DNA of 64,000 nt. Origin: the human T2T-CHM13v2.0 reference genome, Homo sapiens. The stretch lies in the NCBI RefSeq assembly GCF_009914755.1, contig NC_060937.1; one strand, 5' to 3'. The translations under genes and the position numbers were made by a program. The notes below the pieces were generated by a model. That model made no database searches, was not told the origin of the DNA, and saw only the letters and a program-made list of their open reading frames with translations. Of the stretch, positions 15,101-28,385 are shown piece after piece (position 1 is the stretch's first letter; each line of letters begins with the position of its first letter).

Positions 15101-18100
15101 TCCCACCCAAAACCATGAAATAATCTCCCCTGTCTCCTGATTAGTATTTGTCAGCCTCATTTACCCTTAAGATTTGTGCAAATGAAAAACGTTAAATGCA
15201 GTTCCTGGATCAGTAATTAAACATAATTATTTCAGTGGAAGAGATTTTTGTTTTCATAATCTCCTCTTTGTCTGCATAGAGCCAGCTCTTGGTTACATCT
15301 GCCACTGATAGCCTTTGCTCTGTTTACTTTAAAGAATAAGCCACTGTTTGATTTGGTTTCTTGTTTTCAATATGTAAACCCTGGTCTCTTGATTCCCCAT
15401 TCCAGGAAGGAAAAAATAAAAGAACAAGGCTCTTTAAATATCAGAGCCATGATGACTTAACAGATACACGCAGGCTCAATATTTTATGTAACAGCCACTT
15501 AGGAAAATGCGTAAGAATTTCCCAGCTGGCAGCCCTGATTTGGCAGGTGTACCTCAATTGAACCAATCGCTTTTCATCTGGCTGTCAATTTGTTTGGTTT
15601 TTCTGGCTACATTGCACCAGAGTCTGTGTGTATTCCAAAAGGTCGTTCACCTATTCCACGGTTCAAAGGGATCATTCTGTTCACTTAAAGGGTCACTGTA
15701 ATCATATATTGAGACATAGCTAAGTACGATGAGCTAGAATTTTAGGAGGGGTAAAACTAATAGGAAAATCCAGGAGTATAAACCACAAAACACACATAAA
15801 AAAAGAGATAAAAACAGAAAACATAATTCCTCAATTAAAAAAAAAAAAGGAACCAAAAAGAAAAAAAATCTATAACAAACCACACTGTAGGAGTCTCACT
15901 ATACACTAAAATTAACAATCACAGCTGGGGTAAATACTTTATTTATTTTATTCATATTCTGCACTGGCAGCATATTCTAGTTGCCTGTTTGATTTCATTA
16001 ATCCAAAGCAAAAGAGAAGTAGAGATTTATGTAAATTTCATGTTATGCTCAGATTGTAAGGGAGCCACTAATTGAACTTCAGGTCTTCCTTATTGGAAGG
16101 AAGACCTGAAGATGAATGGCTTCATGAAATAATCGTAAATGAATAATTCCCCCACATCCATAAGTCAGCCTACTTCTGTAAACAGAAAAACAAGGTAGTA
16201 GTCCCATAGTCTATTTTTTAATCCAGAAAAAGTCATTCTTGCAGCAAGAATAAGGGAAACTATGTCCCAAAAATACCAGGTTTTCCAGATATAGGGATTA
16301 TGTTTGACCAAAACAACCCTTGGCCTAAAAATACTGCTATATTCAAATAAGAGGAGTTGCTGTTATTTAATTTTACTATACTATTTATACTTACATGGGA
16401 TTTTTATAATGATACTACTGTGGTTTTCACAGATGTTTGGCTTGTAAAAATGCTAAAGATTACAATCTTTAGGCCACCAACTACCTGTATTTATGGAGGC
16501 TACAGGACAGAGCACAGAACAGCCAGGAAGCCAAAACGCGCTCGAATTACCTCCAGCACTTACTGCCGCGGGACTCAAACCCGAGTCCTTTCTGGGACTG
16601 CTTTTCCTTGAACATAAAAATGGGGGTGATATCACCTTCCACAGGGATCTCCTAACTGTACAGAGGGCTTAGCACACTGTCTGGCACTCAGAGGCCTTGC
16701 TGGATCGTGATCCGCCCCCTCCAGTCAGCGACTGAGACCCCTCACTGGTTCAAGGGCAAACACAGTGCTGAGGGCTGTGTGCCTGGATCCCGCCAGCAGG
16801 TGTGCTGGGGTAGGGAATGGAAGTCAGGCATCTTGATCTCCATATGTATCCACCGATGGACACCCTGCCTGCCTTTCACTGGGCTCACCCTAAAATGGTG
16901 AACAAAGAAAACAGCTCTCACCTCTGGAGCCAACACAGAGGGGTGGGTATGAGTGCAGATGTGGTGGGGGTGCTGGTGGAGGCTTGCTGCCCATCTGGCT
17001 TTTCCTGTTATTGACATGCTCAGATGAAAGTGGGCCCTGTTCACAAACATGGCATCCATTCCTGGGACTCATCCCGAGCAGAACCTCAAATAAAAACCAG
17101 AACAAACTACACTAATTTGCTGAACCCCAAATGGAGCCAAATTCAAAGCTCTTACGAAACTACAAACAGAACCACAGTTTCAAAAACACCAGGAAAATAG
17201 TCTCAACAAGACATTACCTACATGAAGGATGTCTGAAATCTATTTTAGTGTAAAAATGCTATAAGTTTACTCTCCTACTTTCTAAAATTACTGAATTAGT
17301 TATTAAAATAACAACCTAAGTAATCTGACTGTAAATTGAGCCATATTTTATTTACCCTAAGATCTCTCAATCAAATGGAGATATAACAAGGGTTATCAAT
17401 TTCTACTGCATCTATTCCTGTAACATATTAAATCTCCATCTCCTTGAGAGAAGTACATTGATTTTTCCACAGGAGAATTTTTTTCTAGCTCCAAGAACAG
17501 CTGAGGGCTGCAAAACTGAGCAGATGGCCACATGGAAGAATCTGCTTGGTTGATAAGATAGTTTAAAAGAAAAATCACCTGACTGCACATCCCAAATACC
17601 TGTCAAAGTAGGTCATGAACACTGCTTGATTGGAACAAACCAAAATATTTAATGGATCGAATCTTCCAGAGTTCATGATAACTGCCCCACCAAAGGTCTG
17701 GGCTTAAGCACTGATGTTTCCTTTAATTATAAAGCCCAGATTGTAAGGCAAACACAGCCCTGCCAGTGTGTTTGTAGGTCCAGTCAGTGACTGTGCTGCG
17801 TCCACAATGGTCTTTATCATTGTCACTTGTTTGACCTGACTATAACTGAGTAAAGCATCATCATTACAAAATGCAGCATGCGGGATAGTAATCACCTAAA
17901 GATATGGTTCAAGCACTTCACCAACCTCTGAACCTGAATATGCCTAATGAATTTTGTAAACCTTACAAAAAGTGAAGCCAGGTGATTATCAGAAAAAAGA
18001 CATGTGTCATACTAAAGAAAGAGCATGTTCTAGACCTGAGAAAACAGCAGTGCAGAAGGGAATGTCTTTTCTCCACAGTGATATGTGGCCACAGCCTTGA

Positions 18101-20951
18101 ACAGCAAATTTGCAGATTAATGAAGATAGTAAAATAGATCACATCCTCCTGCCTCCAGGTATAATATTTTATTCATATAAGAGCTATGTGAGCCTTGATT
18201 TATATGAACTTTCATTAGTAGGCAAAATTCAATCATAAGGTTTCCTCTTTTCACCTCTAGGCGTCCTTAAATTCAACACACAGTCAAATGGTGATTGGCT
18301 TCCCCTCTCCCTAGGTAATACCCCACCCCCCAGCCTCCCAAAAAAGACAGAAAAAGAGGAAAATGAAAAACAAGCACGTTAGAAAGGTGGCCAGACAAAA
18401 CGGTTTGCATCAACAACATAACTTCTGATTTGTTCTCCCGCTGGGACAGTCTAATGCAGCCTCATTCAGCTGTGCATTTTCAATATTATTCAACAGAGCC
18501 CACTCAGGTCAAAGTAGAGTCTTTTCCTTCACAAGTACAGAGATACAACACTAGGTTTACGGGAGGGCTATTTTCAATCTTCTTGAGCGGTAATGTGTTT
18601 CCATTATGGTTCCATCTATTTGTGATCTATAATGCTTTCCAAATAGCCCCAAATTTCAAAGAAGCTCTAGTTGGTTCCAAATGGAAATGAGATTACATAT
18701 TTAGTATTATTTTATTCTCAAATGTTAGATTTAATTAGGTTGGGAGCATTCATTCATCTGCCCATTGGGTTTGTTGACTTCATTAAGGGACAATCACAGA
18801 ATTGCAGGGAAGTCCACGTAGGGCCCCCCAAACTGCGATTGCTTTTAGCTTTTATAAACCATTAAAATGTAAGTCAAGCACATAAATATATCTGCTATGA
18901 AAAGAAGTGGTATTGCTAAGTTCCCTGATAGATGATGACAGGACTTCTCAGAATTCGAAGGCCAGTGTTTTAATCTTCAGGTTCTCTCAGGTCACGTGCT
19001 TGCCAATGACATTGGACCAGGAAGCTCCAGAGGTGAGAAAGCCCCGGCCAACCCCAAATGCAGCTCTTGCTTGGTGAAAGCAGAGATGGGGTGAGGACAG
19101 GGACACAGGCAGAACCCTGCCGCGCTCCAGCTGAGCTGCTCACTTGCCACTCCCAGAGAAAACAGGAGGATCGACCTTTCTCTATGCAACGTCTAAAATT
19201 AATTTGGTGCTTAAAATCAGAGGTGGGTCAAGCAGTTGATTACCTGAGGTTGCCTTTGGACTAACAAAGGCGTCTCTTCAGCATGGTGAATTGCTCTGAT
19301 GGCCCTGGGCCCGGAGCAGTGATTTGAGAAAATCACCCATGGCAACCATTAGGCAATGAGTCTCCATTGACTGCCAAAATCTCACTGAATATTGAAGGAA
19401 AAGAGAATTTATATGTAATCCAATTCAGAGCAACAACAACAACAACATCAACAATTCAATGTTCCCCAGTTCTTCATGGGAAAACTTCAATCCAGGTCCA
19501 AAGAGAGCTGCAAGAACAGCGCAGTTCACACAGAAAGTCTGCATTCACAGGCTGGGCTGGGGTCGCAACTCTGCTGGCCTCCCCACCCTGCCACGCTTTG
19601 TACTGCTGTGTGATTTTAGCGGAGGCATTTAGCTCACACAGCCTTAGTTTCCTCATCTGTAAAATTGAATAGCTACCTTCTAGGCTTTGGGAGAATGCAA
19701 TGGAAAAAGAATCTTGCCTAGGGCATCATCAGCTCAGTAAATAATAGTTATTATCATGATGATTATCCTCCAGGTAGCTGTGATGTGTAGAAGCCCAGAA
19801 CCAAGTAGCACAGGAGACAGAGGTAGTTAATTCAACCCTCCTCCAATACAACTGAGTGCCCTAATTATCCGAATAGAAGCTCCACTGCAGGAAAACTCTG
19901 TTTTGGAGCTCAAGGAAAGACCTACAAGGGAGAACCACAGAGCTGTAATTATCAGCTGAAAGAGGAAGGAAGTTCTAATCTCACAGAGCCCTTGGAGACT
20001 TGTGAACACCCGAAGCTTGGAGAAGGCTTCAACAGGGAACAAACGGTGAAAGCCACACAAAAATGAACTTAGCAGCAGGAAGGAGTACTCCACGTGCCCC
20101 TGCACCTCTCACCAAAGGGATACAGATATGTGATGGGTGTTTCTGTAATATATGCCTCATTTTCCAATGGAAAACCTCCATATTCACATGAGTGCATGGA
20201 GAGGTCATAGTCACTGGTCAAGGAGTTAGAGATGAGTGGGGAAAAGTGATAGGGTGAGCATCCTCAATCTGGCCCCACCCTATCTGGTGCCAGACACCTA
20301 ATGAACCACCTTTACTGGGGGAGACAGGGTCAAGGATGAAGCAATTTCCTCTTCATATCTAGCTATCATTTATTCTACATAGTTGATGCAGGCAATATGC
20401 TGGCTGTTTGAAGCAGGTGATATTTCTAATCCACACAATGGCCTGAAAGGTAAGTATTATGGAATCACTTATCTGGATAAATAAAACATGAGGTTCAGAG
20501 AGATTACGTAACTGGCCTAGATCAATAGGTGGGTAGGCAGACAGGTAGGCAGGTAGATAGATATAGAGATTGAAATATACTTTAAAAACACTCTGTTTGC
20601 CCTACATTCCTTGCTTTAGATAGGATTCTGAATGTGGGGCGGGCAGGAAAGCTGTCAGTCACGAAGGGAGCCTGCCCACCACAAGGCGAGTCATGTGACC
20701 CAGGCCAGAGAATCAGGTTACCCCACAGGGAACATCAGTGATTGGCCCAGGGGTAAGCAGGTAGCTCATGTAGCACCAGAGTCATATTTTTGAAGTTTTT
20801 ATGGAAGTTGGAAAGATCTCTTTTGGAAATTACCAACTCCAGAGAGGATGTTAGCCTGGGAGTGCCAGGAACTTTCTGTGTCACTGGGGAAAGCGAGACT
20901 TGATTCTCCGGATATCATTGACCATCTGGGTCCTGTGGTGCCTGACGCTAT

Positions 20952-21135
20952 GAGTTCTCAAAGTGGGGCCCCCAAAGCAGCAGCAGCAGCCTCATGGCCT
21001 TGCTGGAAATGCGAATTCTCAACCTCAGCTCCCAGACTCACTGCATTACAAACTCTGGAAGATGGAGCTGACTCAGTGAGATCTCTTTCCAAGCTCTCTA
21101 GATGGGCCTGATGCTTATTTTGAAAAGCACTGTTC
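20952..21135 (+). mobile_element. MER5A-like hAT element inside an old MLT1-like LTR fragment
   Basis: gttctcaaagtgggg...cagcagcagcagc...gaaatgcgaattctc...ttttgaaaagcactg. Confidence 0.65.
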
Positions 21136-22177
21136 TAGGTCAATCCAGGGAACTGTTAAACTTCATGAGCCAATAGATACCCCTCTTCTTGCCTAAACTT
21201 TGATTATAATAAAAGAAAAATACAGCAAGATAGTTTTGAGGGTTTTTTAATAAAAATTTACAATTATTTTTTAATCGCAAGTAAACTTAATTATTTTACC
21301 ATTAAAATCTCTTCAACACAGAAATTCCTTTGAGGTTTTTAGTTTTGTTCTGTGTTTGTTTGTATGTGAGGCAAGACACCCCTGGATGCTTGCAAAGAAG
21401 AGGCAATTTGGAGTGAAACAGGCAGATGTACAATCTGATCCCATAAGTGACCCACTGCAGAACAGACAGCTGGACATATGGACATATGCAGCTGCCTGTC
21501 ATTTATACACGAGAGTTAAACAGTTGGCAAAGAGAGTCTGGGCCACAGAGTGGTGAGCTGGCTAGAGGTGCGGATCTAGCCATTGGATAACACTGTACTT
21601 AAAACACAAAACTCTATCCAAGAAGAGGAAATGATTGAATACGAAGTATTTGAAAAAAGATTTGAAAGACTGAAAATGAAACACTTCCTTACATTCGCTA
21701 AGTGAGCTGAGAAAGAATTGCCCAGAAGGGTGATACGGAGGGCTAGAGAATGAAGACGACAGGGAGTGGAAGGAGAGAGCCCGCCTACATGGCACCCAGC
21801 TTTGCAGAGGCTCCTGAAGACACAAGGTTGAAGGCCCTGGACTCAAAAATTTCCTTGACTCTGCCAGGCAAGAGGGTTAGCTGTTTCAGCAGAGGGTAGA
21901 GCCAAGCGAAAGCTGGAGAGTGAATAAGAAATGCTAGGAGCAATTGCGTCAGGTGGGGCAACCAGGACTGTGTTTGCCTTCGGACCAGGGCTGCCGAGTA
22001 CAGATAGCAGGTGGTTTATGTGAGGCCTGGAGCAGGGGTCATTGCAGGAGACGGGGTTGCTGTGTGCCTATAAATGGAGTGAAAAAGTGAGTGCAAAGAA
22101 ATGGAAAAGTTAGGAGATGCAGCATAACCTGTGAATCATGATCCCTGACAAAGTGGGGAGGCTCATGGGTGCAGGTG

Positions 22178-22180
<3 letters not shown>

Positions 22181-22217
<37 letters not shown>
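22181..22217. repeat. (GT)~18 microsatellite
   Basis: Direct reading. Confidence 0.97.
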
Positions 22218-22218
<1 letters not shown>

Positions 22219-22799
22219 TCACATGGCTGTGGACAGAGGTGGGCTGGAACCCCTAACTTCCAGGAAACTCCAGGTTCTTTTCTTCTTCTACCCATAGGTC
22301 TGCATTGTGTTTTTCTAGGGTCACTCATCTATTCATCCAACAAATATTCAACAAGCACCTGTTACATACCAGATTATTACATACATGTGGCAGTGCACGT
22401 AACTGTGAAGCTGTGTACTACAGCTGCAGGGCGAGGACTGGGGCTTTAGCTCCCACCTTGTGCAATGTGGGATCTTCTCCATCGTCATATCAAGCCACCC
22501 CACGTGTATTTAATGTAAGTTGGAACACTGTGCTTGCTACAAAAGTCAGCTTCAGAAGAAGCCCCTCCGTGGATCACCACCTCCCTACAAGCTGCAGTCC
22601 TAATCTCCTATGTCAAAATCAGGGACTGCTGCTGCCCCGGGGGGTTTAGAGATGAAGACCCAGACTCTGACTGAGGAGTCTCCCAGTGAAAGGAAGGAGG
22701 CAGAAGCCCAGTCACCAGTGACGCCACCCAGCTGAGTGGACCGCGCAGAGGGAGGCGGACGCAGGGCACTCCAACATGGACCTGAGAGGCACACACTGC

Positions 22800-24260
22800 A
22801 ATGCAAATCCTCCACGATAGTCCACAGGATGTACTGGGAGAAACTGGAAGGCCACAGGAGAAACGTTTGCTCACGAAAACACAGGCATTTCATGTGCCTG
22901 GAGCACGGGATGAAGAATTCCTTAGACTTTGAGTGCCAAGCTAGTGCTTGGACTTTCTTCTAAAGGTCATGGGTGAGCCCTTGGGGAATGTGGAGACCAC
23001 TCCGGCCTGCGATGGAGAAGGAAATTGTGCCAGAAGCTGGGAAGTCAAAGTTAACCCTCCAGGCTAGATGTAAGTAACGCGTGGGGCTGCACATACGGCT
23101 GTGGCAGAGGAAATGGGACAGAGGGATTGATTTTAGTACAGAAATCCTAATTGGGCTTAAAGTAGGTATGGGAAAACCCCTGAAAGTGTGTGCTGATCTT
23201 GGTATGTGCAGATATTATTTTCCTCCTGGGGTAAACTTTAATTCTCAAAGGAGTCTATGACCCCCAAAAAAGTCATCTCCCTACTTGAAAGATGCTTGAG
23301 TGTCTAATGGCCAGGAGCGGGTGTTGGTGGGATACCAAGCGGTGGGAGGAACACAGTATCGTCCTCAAGCCTCTGACTTCTCCTAGACAGGGTAGCTAAG
23401 AGGACTTTTCAGATATGTTGCTTTTGAGGTGTCTGTGAGGAGAGGGAGGCAGGAAACGCAGGCACACGCACTCACAGTGGACGCGTCTTTAGAAAGCTGC
23501 ACATTCTCTAATTGAGTTAATTGTTCACGCACTGAATGGAGCTGTTTCTGCTCAAGCTAGGGAAAGACTTGTCAGCTGTTTCTTCACTTCCATGACCTTG
23601 GAAAATCCGCTGTCTCCACCAGACACTGATCCTTGGCACAGCCACTATTTGATACACTTAACTCTGCTCAGGATTTTAGATCTCAACCCAGGAAATGAGC
23701 TACAGTCTCACCCCAGGCAAGTACAGAACATTTTCCTAACCAGGAGAGACGCCTGTGTCACACATTCCAAAGGTAGCCAGCAGCTAAGAAAGCCGCAACA
23801 AAGGAAATCAAACAGCTCTCTCTCCCCTAAACGCTGCTTTCAGGCAAGTTCCAAACAAAAATGGAGGGTGCACTGCAAATTAAAAACAAAAGCCTGCCAG
23901 TCAAAGGCAGTGTTTTTAAACACAGAAAGAGCAATACCACTGCAGGGGGCAGATAAAAGAGCTTTTGAGCATCTCAGAAGCTACTCACACACAAAAGCAC
24001 CTCTGTGCCTTCAAACAGGATCTCCTAGAAGTTTCCCAAGGTTTCATAACCCAAATACCGCTGGTAGTGATGTGGTTTGGAAATTAACCTTGCTTTTCTC
24101 CCCACTGCTGTTTTACATATTAATTAAAGTGTTTTCCTCAGATCAGGAACGCCTGCAGGCTGGCTAGGTTCTGCAGAAGGTGCCTCATTTTCCTGCCGCT
24201 TCCCGCCCCGGCCCCACTTGTGCATAGTTCAATGATTAAAACTTCCCCAGGTCAGCTGTA
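22800..24260 (+). ncRNA. Possible small spliced lncRNA (5' end unknown); I recall LINC00676 lying roughly here but cannot verify it
   Basis: Donor GAT|GTAAGT at 23070; candidate internal exon 23623-23716 (ccaccag| ... CAG|GCAAGT); acceptor gtgttttcctcag| ending at 24141; ATTAAA at 24235-24240. Confidence 0.3.
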
Positions 24261-24532
24261 GATGCCTCCCCTCCCTTAACTGCCATCGTGATATAGAACA
24301 CACACTTTAATGTGGCTTTTAAAAAGTAATCGCTTCCCCACCCCCCAAGAAAGATAGGTCGTGCAGAGCTAATTTCGGGAAGCCATTTAGAAGAAATTGT
24401 TGAGAAGGCATTGAAGTATTTGGGTCCAACTCTGCTTACCTCATTCATGGACCTGTTTCTTTTCTTTTTTTTCTTTTCCAGTGCTTGAAATAGGTGTGCA
24501 AACAATTCACATATTATAAATACGTTGACTTG

Positions 24533-24843
24533 GGCCGGGTGTGGTGGCTCACGCCTGTAATCCCAGCACTTTGGGAGGCTGAGGCAGGAGGATTACTTGA
24601 GGTCAGGAGTTCCAGACAAGCCTGGCCAACATTGCAAAACCCTCTCTCTACTAAAGTACAAAAATTAGCCGGGCAAGGTGGTCCGTGCCTGTAATCTCAG
24701 CTACTCAGGAGGCTGAGGCAGGAGAATCGCTTAAACCCAGGAGATGGAAGTTGCAATGAGGCGAGATCACAACAACCCACTCCAGCCTGGGCGACAGAGC
24801 AAGACCCTGTCTCAAATAAATAACTAAAATGAAAATAAATAAA
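24533..24843 (+). mobile_element. Alu (AluSx/Sz-like)
   Basis: Full dimer with (TAAA)n tail. Confidence 0.95.
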
Positions 24844-26296
24844 TTGATTTGTTTTCATTCATATATTTTGGGGATACAATGGAGCTTAAAGTTTGAAAAC
24901 CAAAACGGAGCTGGCCACCAAAGGTGTGGATTTGGTCAACAGGGTGTGGACTCCAGCAGCCCGTGTCACTCTCAGACTCCATGTCTCAATTTGAATGTTT
25001 CCATGTCACTTAAAAAGTGGAATATTCATAGTGATGTTGAAGATACAAAAGATATACCAGGATTAATTTTCTAGTCAATTTTATGTGTCTGTGACCCAAG
25101 ACAATAAAAGTTAAGTCATCGTTAGTTCCTTAGTTGCTGGACACTTTAGCCCAATATACCACCTTCAATTTTGAATTATTATTTGGACTGTGTTCATGAG
25201 ATTCTTGGAGTATGTTAAATCAACACATTTCTTTGTAATTATTGAGAACCTTTTGTTCCCTATAAAATCAAGTGTACGATGATGTAAACTATAAAACGCA
25301 AATTGTAGGGACAATTGGTAATCTGCAGTGAAAATAAAGTCAAAATAGCAAAGAGCAGATTATTCTCAAATTTATGTAACAGAGTTCTTACATGTGGAAG
25401 TGGATACAAGTATTAGCACATTCAGTTGATGTACTGAAAATAAAATGAAACTATTTTTCTACTTACTACTTGCTTGTGAAATCCAAAGGGGTGAATAAGA
25501 GCCAGGATTCATTGTCATGAGTGTAGGGGTGCCCTGGGAAGGAGGCCTCCATCCCACGTGTCAGTGGCGTCATCAGAAATTCCATGATCGTCGGCTTATT
25601 CTTTGCACACGTGTCTACAGGGTCCCTCCGCACACCGACTTGGTGTCCTCCAGGATGCAGAAAACCCAAATTAAACTAGTTTAATGAATAAGGAAACTAA
25701 ATGGCTCTTAGGACCATAAGCCCTGTGGTGACGCCTGCTTCAGGGCTGGAGGAGCTAAGTGTTCTCTGGTTCACCAAAGCCCCCAGTTCTTTCCGTCTGT
25801 CACTCATAGCTTCGGCTTCGTCCCCGGCTCACTGCCAGTGGTAATCAGGCTGCCCAAGAACTTCTGAAATCCACAGCCCGGTGTTTCCAAACGAATTATC
25901 AGTAGGGTTGGAATCCCTTCTCCCCAGCCCCAGCCCCAGCAAGGCCCTCCAACGCCACTGCAGTTCCCTGGATAGCAGGAAGAGGCCTGAGCCGGCTCTC
26001 CCGGAGCTCCAGGTGCAGAGTCTCCCCACATGGGAGTCAGTGTTCTCAGAGCAGCATTTGTTGACCTGAGCTAACCAAGTTCTCTAACTGAAAGCCTGGC
26101 TGTGTAAAGCCACGAATGTCTGGCATTAGAATAGCTCAAGGACAGGAGAAAAAACTGACAATCAGTCCAGAACGGCATCCCAGGACTTCTGCTCTGAGGA
26201 GAAAACAGGACTAAACCCCAGCTGAGGTCTATTTCCAACTCCAAGATTCTGCAATGTTATCTCTGTTTAAAAAGATATCCCACTTTTTGATGACAG

Positions 26297-27747
26297 TGTG
26301 TCTGGAATTGGTGGGTTCTTGGTCTCACTGACTTCAAGAATGCAGCTGCGGACCCTGGCGGTGAGTGTTACAGCTCTTAAAGGCGGCATGTCCGGAGTTT
26401 GTTCCTTCTAGGTGGGTTCCTGGTCTCTCTGGCTCAGGAGTGAAGCTGCAGACCTTAGCGGTAAGCTGTTACAGCTCTTAAGTCAGCGCGTCTGGAGTCG
26501 TTCGCTCCTCCCGGTGGGTTCATGGTCTCGCTAGCCTCAGGAGTGCAGCTGCAGACCTTCGTGGTGACTGCTACAGCTCATAAAAGCAGTGTGGACCCAA
26601 AGACTGAGCAGTAGCAAGATTTATTGCAAAAGACGAATGAACAAAGCTTCCACACGACAGACACAAACCCTAACAGATTGCCACTGCTAGCTGGGAGAGC
26701 CTGCTTTTCTTCCCTTATCTGGCTCCACCCACATCCTGCTGATTGGCCCATTTTACAGAGAGCTGATTGGTCTGTTTTACAGAGAGCTGATTGGTCTGTT
26801 TTGACAGGGTGCTGATTGGTGCGTTTACAATCCTGAGCTAGACACAAAGGTTCTCCAAGTCCCCACCAGATTAGCTAGACACAGGGTGCTGATTGGTGCA
26901 TTTACAAACCTTGAGCTAGATACAGAGTGCTGATTGGTGTATTCACAATCCCTTAGCTAGACATAAATGTTCTCCAAGTCCCCACCAGATCAGCTAGACA
27001 CAGAGTGCTGATTGGTGCATTTACAAACCTTGAGCTAGATACAGAGTGCTGATTGGTGTATTTACAATCCCTTAGCTAGACATAAAGATTCTCCAAGTCC
27101 CCACCAGACTCAAGAGCCCAGCTGGCTTCACTCAGTGGATCCCGCCCGGGGGCTGCAGGTGGAGCTGTCTGCCAGTCCCACGCTGTGCGCCCGCACTCCT
27201 CAGCCCTTGGGCGGTTGTTGGGACTGGGCGCCGTGGAGCAGGGGGCGGCGCTCATAGGGGAGGCTCGGGCCGCCAGGAGCCCACGGCGGGGGTGCGGGGG
27301 CAGGCTCAGGCATGGCGGGCTGCAGGTCCCGAGCCCTGCCCTGCGGGGAGGCAGCTAAGGCCCGGCGAGAAATCGAGCGCAGCGCCGGTGGGCCGGCACT
27401 GCTGGGGGACCTGGCGCACCCTCCGCAGCTGCTGGCTCGGGTGCTAAGCCCCTCACTGCCCGGCCGCTCCGAGTGCGGGGCCCGCCAAGCCCACGCCCAC
27501 CCGGAACTCTAGCTGGCCCGCAAGCAAGCGCCGCTCCCAGCCCTGGTTCCCGCCCGTGCCTCTCCCTCCACACCTCCCCGCAGGCTGAGGGAGCCGGCTC
27601 CTGCCTCAGCCATCCCAGGAAGGGGCTCCCACAGTGCAGCGGCGGGCTGAAGCGCTCCTCAAGCGCGGCCAGAATGGGCGCCGAGGCCGAGGAGGCACCG
27701 AGAGCGAGCAAGGCCTGTGAGGGCTGCCAGCATGCTGTCACCTCTCG
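26297..27747 (-). mobile_element. Solo LTR12 (LTR12C-like, HERV9) with 4-bp TSD acag
   Basis: Termini tgtgtctggaattggtggg and catgctgtcacctctc; acag at 26293-26296 and 27748-27751; 8 CCAAT boxes (gattgg) in the U3 tandem units; CpG-rich 5' U3; AATAAA at 26620-26625 on the minus strand. Confidence 0.95.
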
Positions 27748-28191
27748 ACAGAGTCACAAAGCATTTACTGAATGCCTACTGTATGCCAGGCCCTTTTCTC
27801 AAGTCTGCTTAACCAGGAGTGAAGAAGGCTGACATTACCGTCCATGTCACATTCTGGTAGGAGAGGGATACAGAGAACACTACAAGTAGGTGAAATAGGT
27901 AGTACTTTAAAGAATGAGAACAACATGGAAAAGGAGGCTATGAAATACTGAGAATATGGCTGGAGTTTTCATTTTAGATAAGTAAATAGCCAAAGAAGCC
28001 TTGACTGAGGAAGCAGCCAGCCCTGTAAGAAAGGAGACCCCTGCCATGGTCCTGAGACAAGGGTTTGAGTGGTTTCCGCAGGAGGCATTTCCAGGAGGGG
28101 AAGGAGGGAAACAACGAGGGAAAAGTACAAGGTGTGCTCACCCCTGAATGAGTCCCCGGGGCAACCCGGATCCACCTGTCCAGGCTCCTCT

Positions 28192-28385
28192 GAGCACGTG
28201 GGGAGCACGTGGAGAGGGAGTGGGGGAGTCGTGGGGGAGCGTGGGCAGCGCTTGGGGGAGCCGTTGGGGACTTGGGGAGAGCGTGGAGAGCCGTGGGGAG
28301 GGCGTGGCGGAGCTGTCGGGGAGCCGTGGGGGCGCGCGTGGTCAGCACTTGGGGAGCGCATTGAGAGCCGTGGGGAGCACTGAGG
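28192..28385. repeat. Degenerate G-rich ~11-bp tandem repeat (GAGC(A/C)(C)GTGGGG)
   Basis: Repeated gagcacgtgggg/gagccgtgggg units. Confidence 0.75.
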
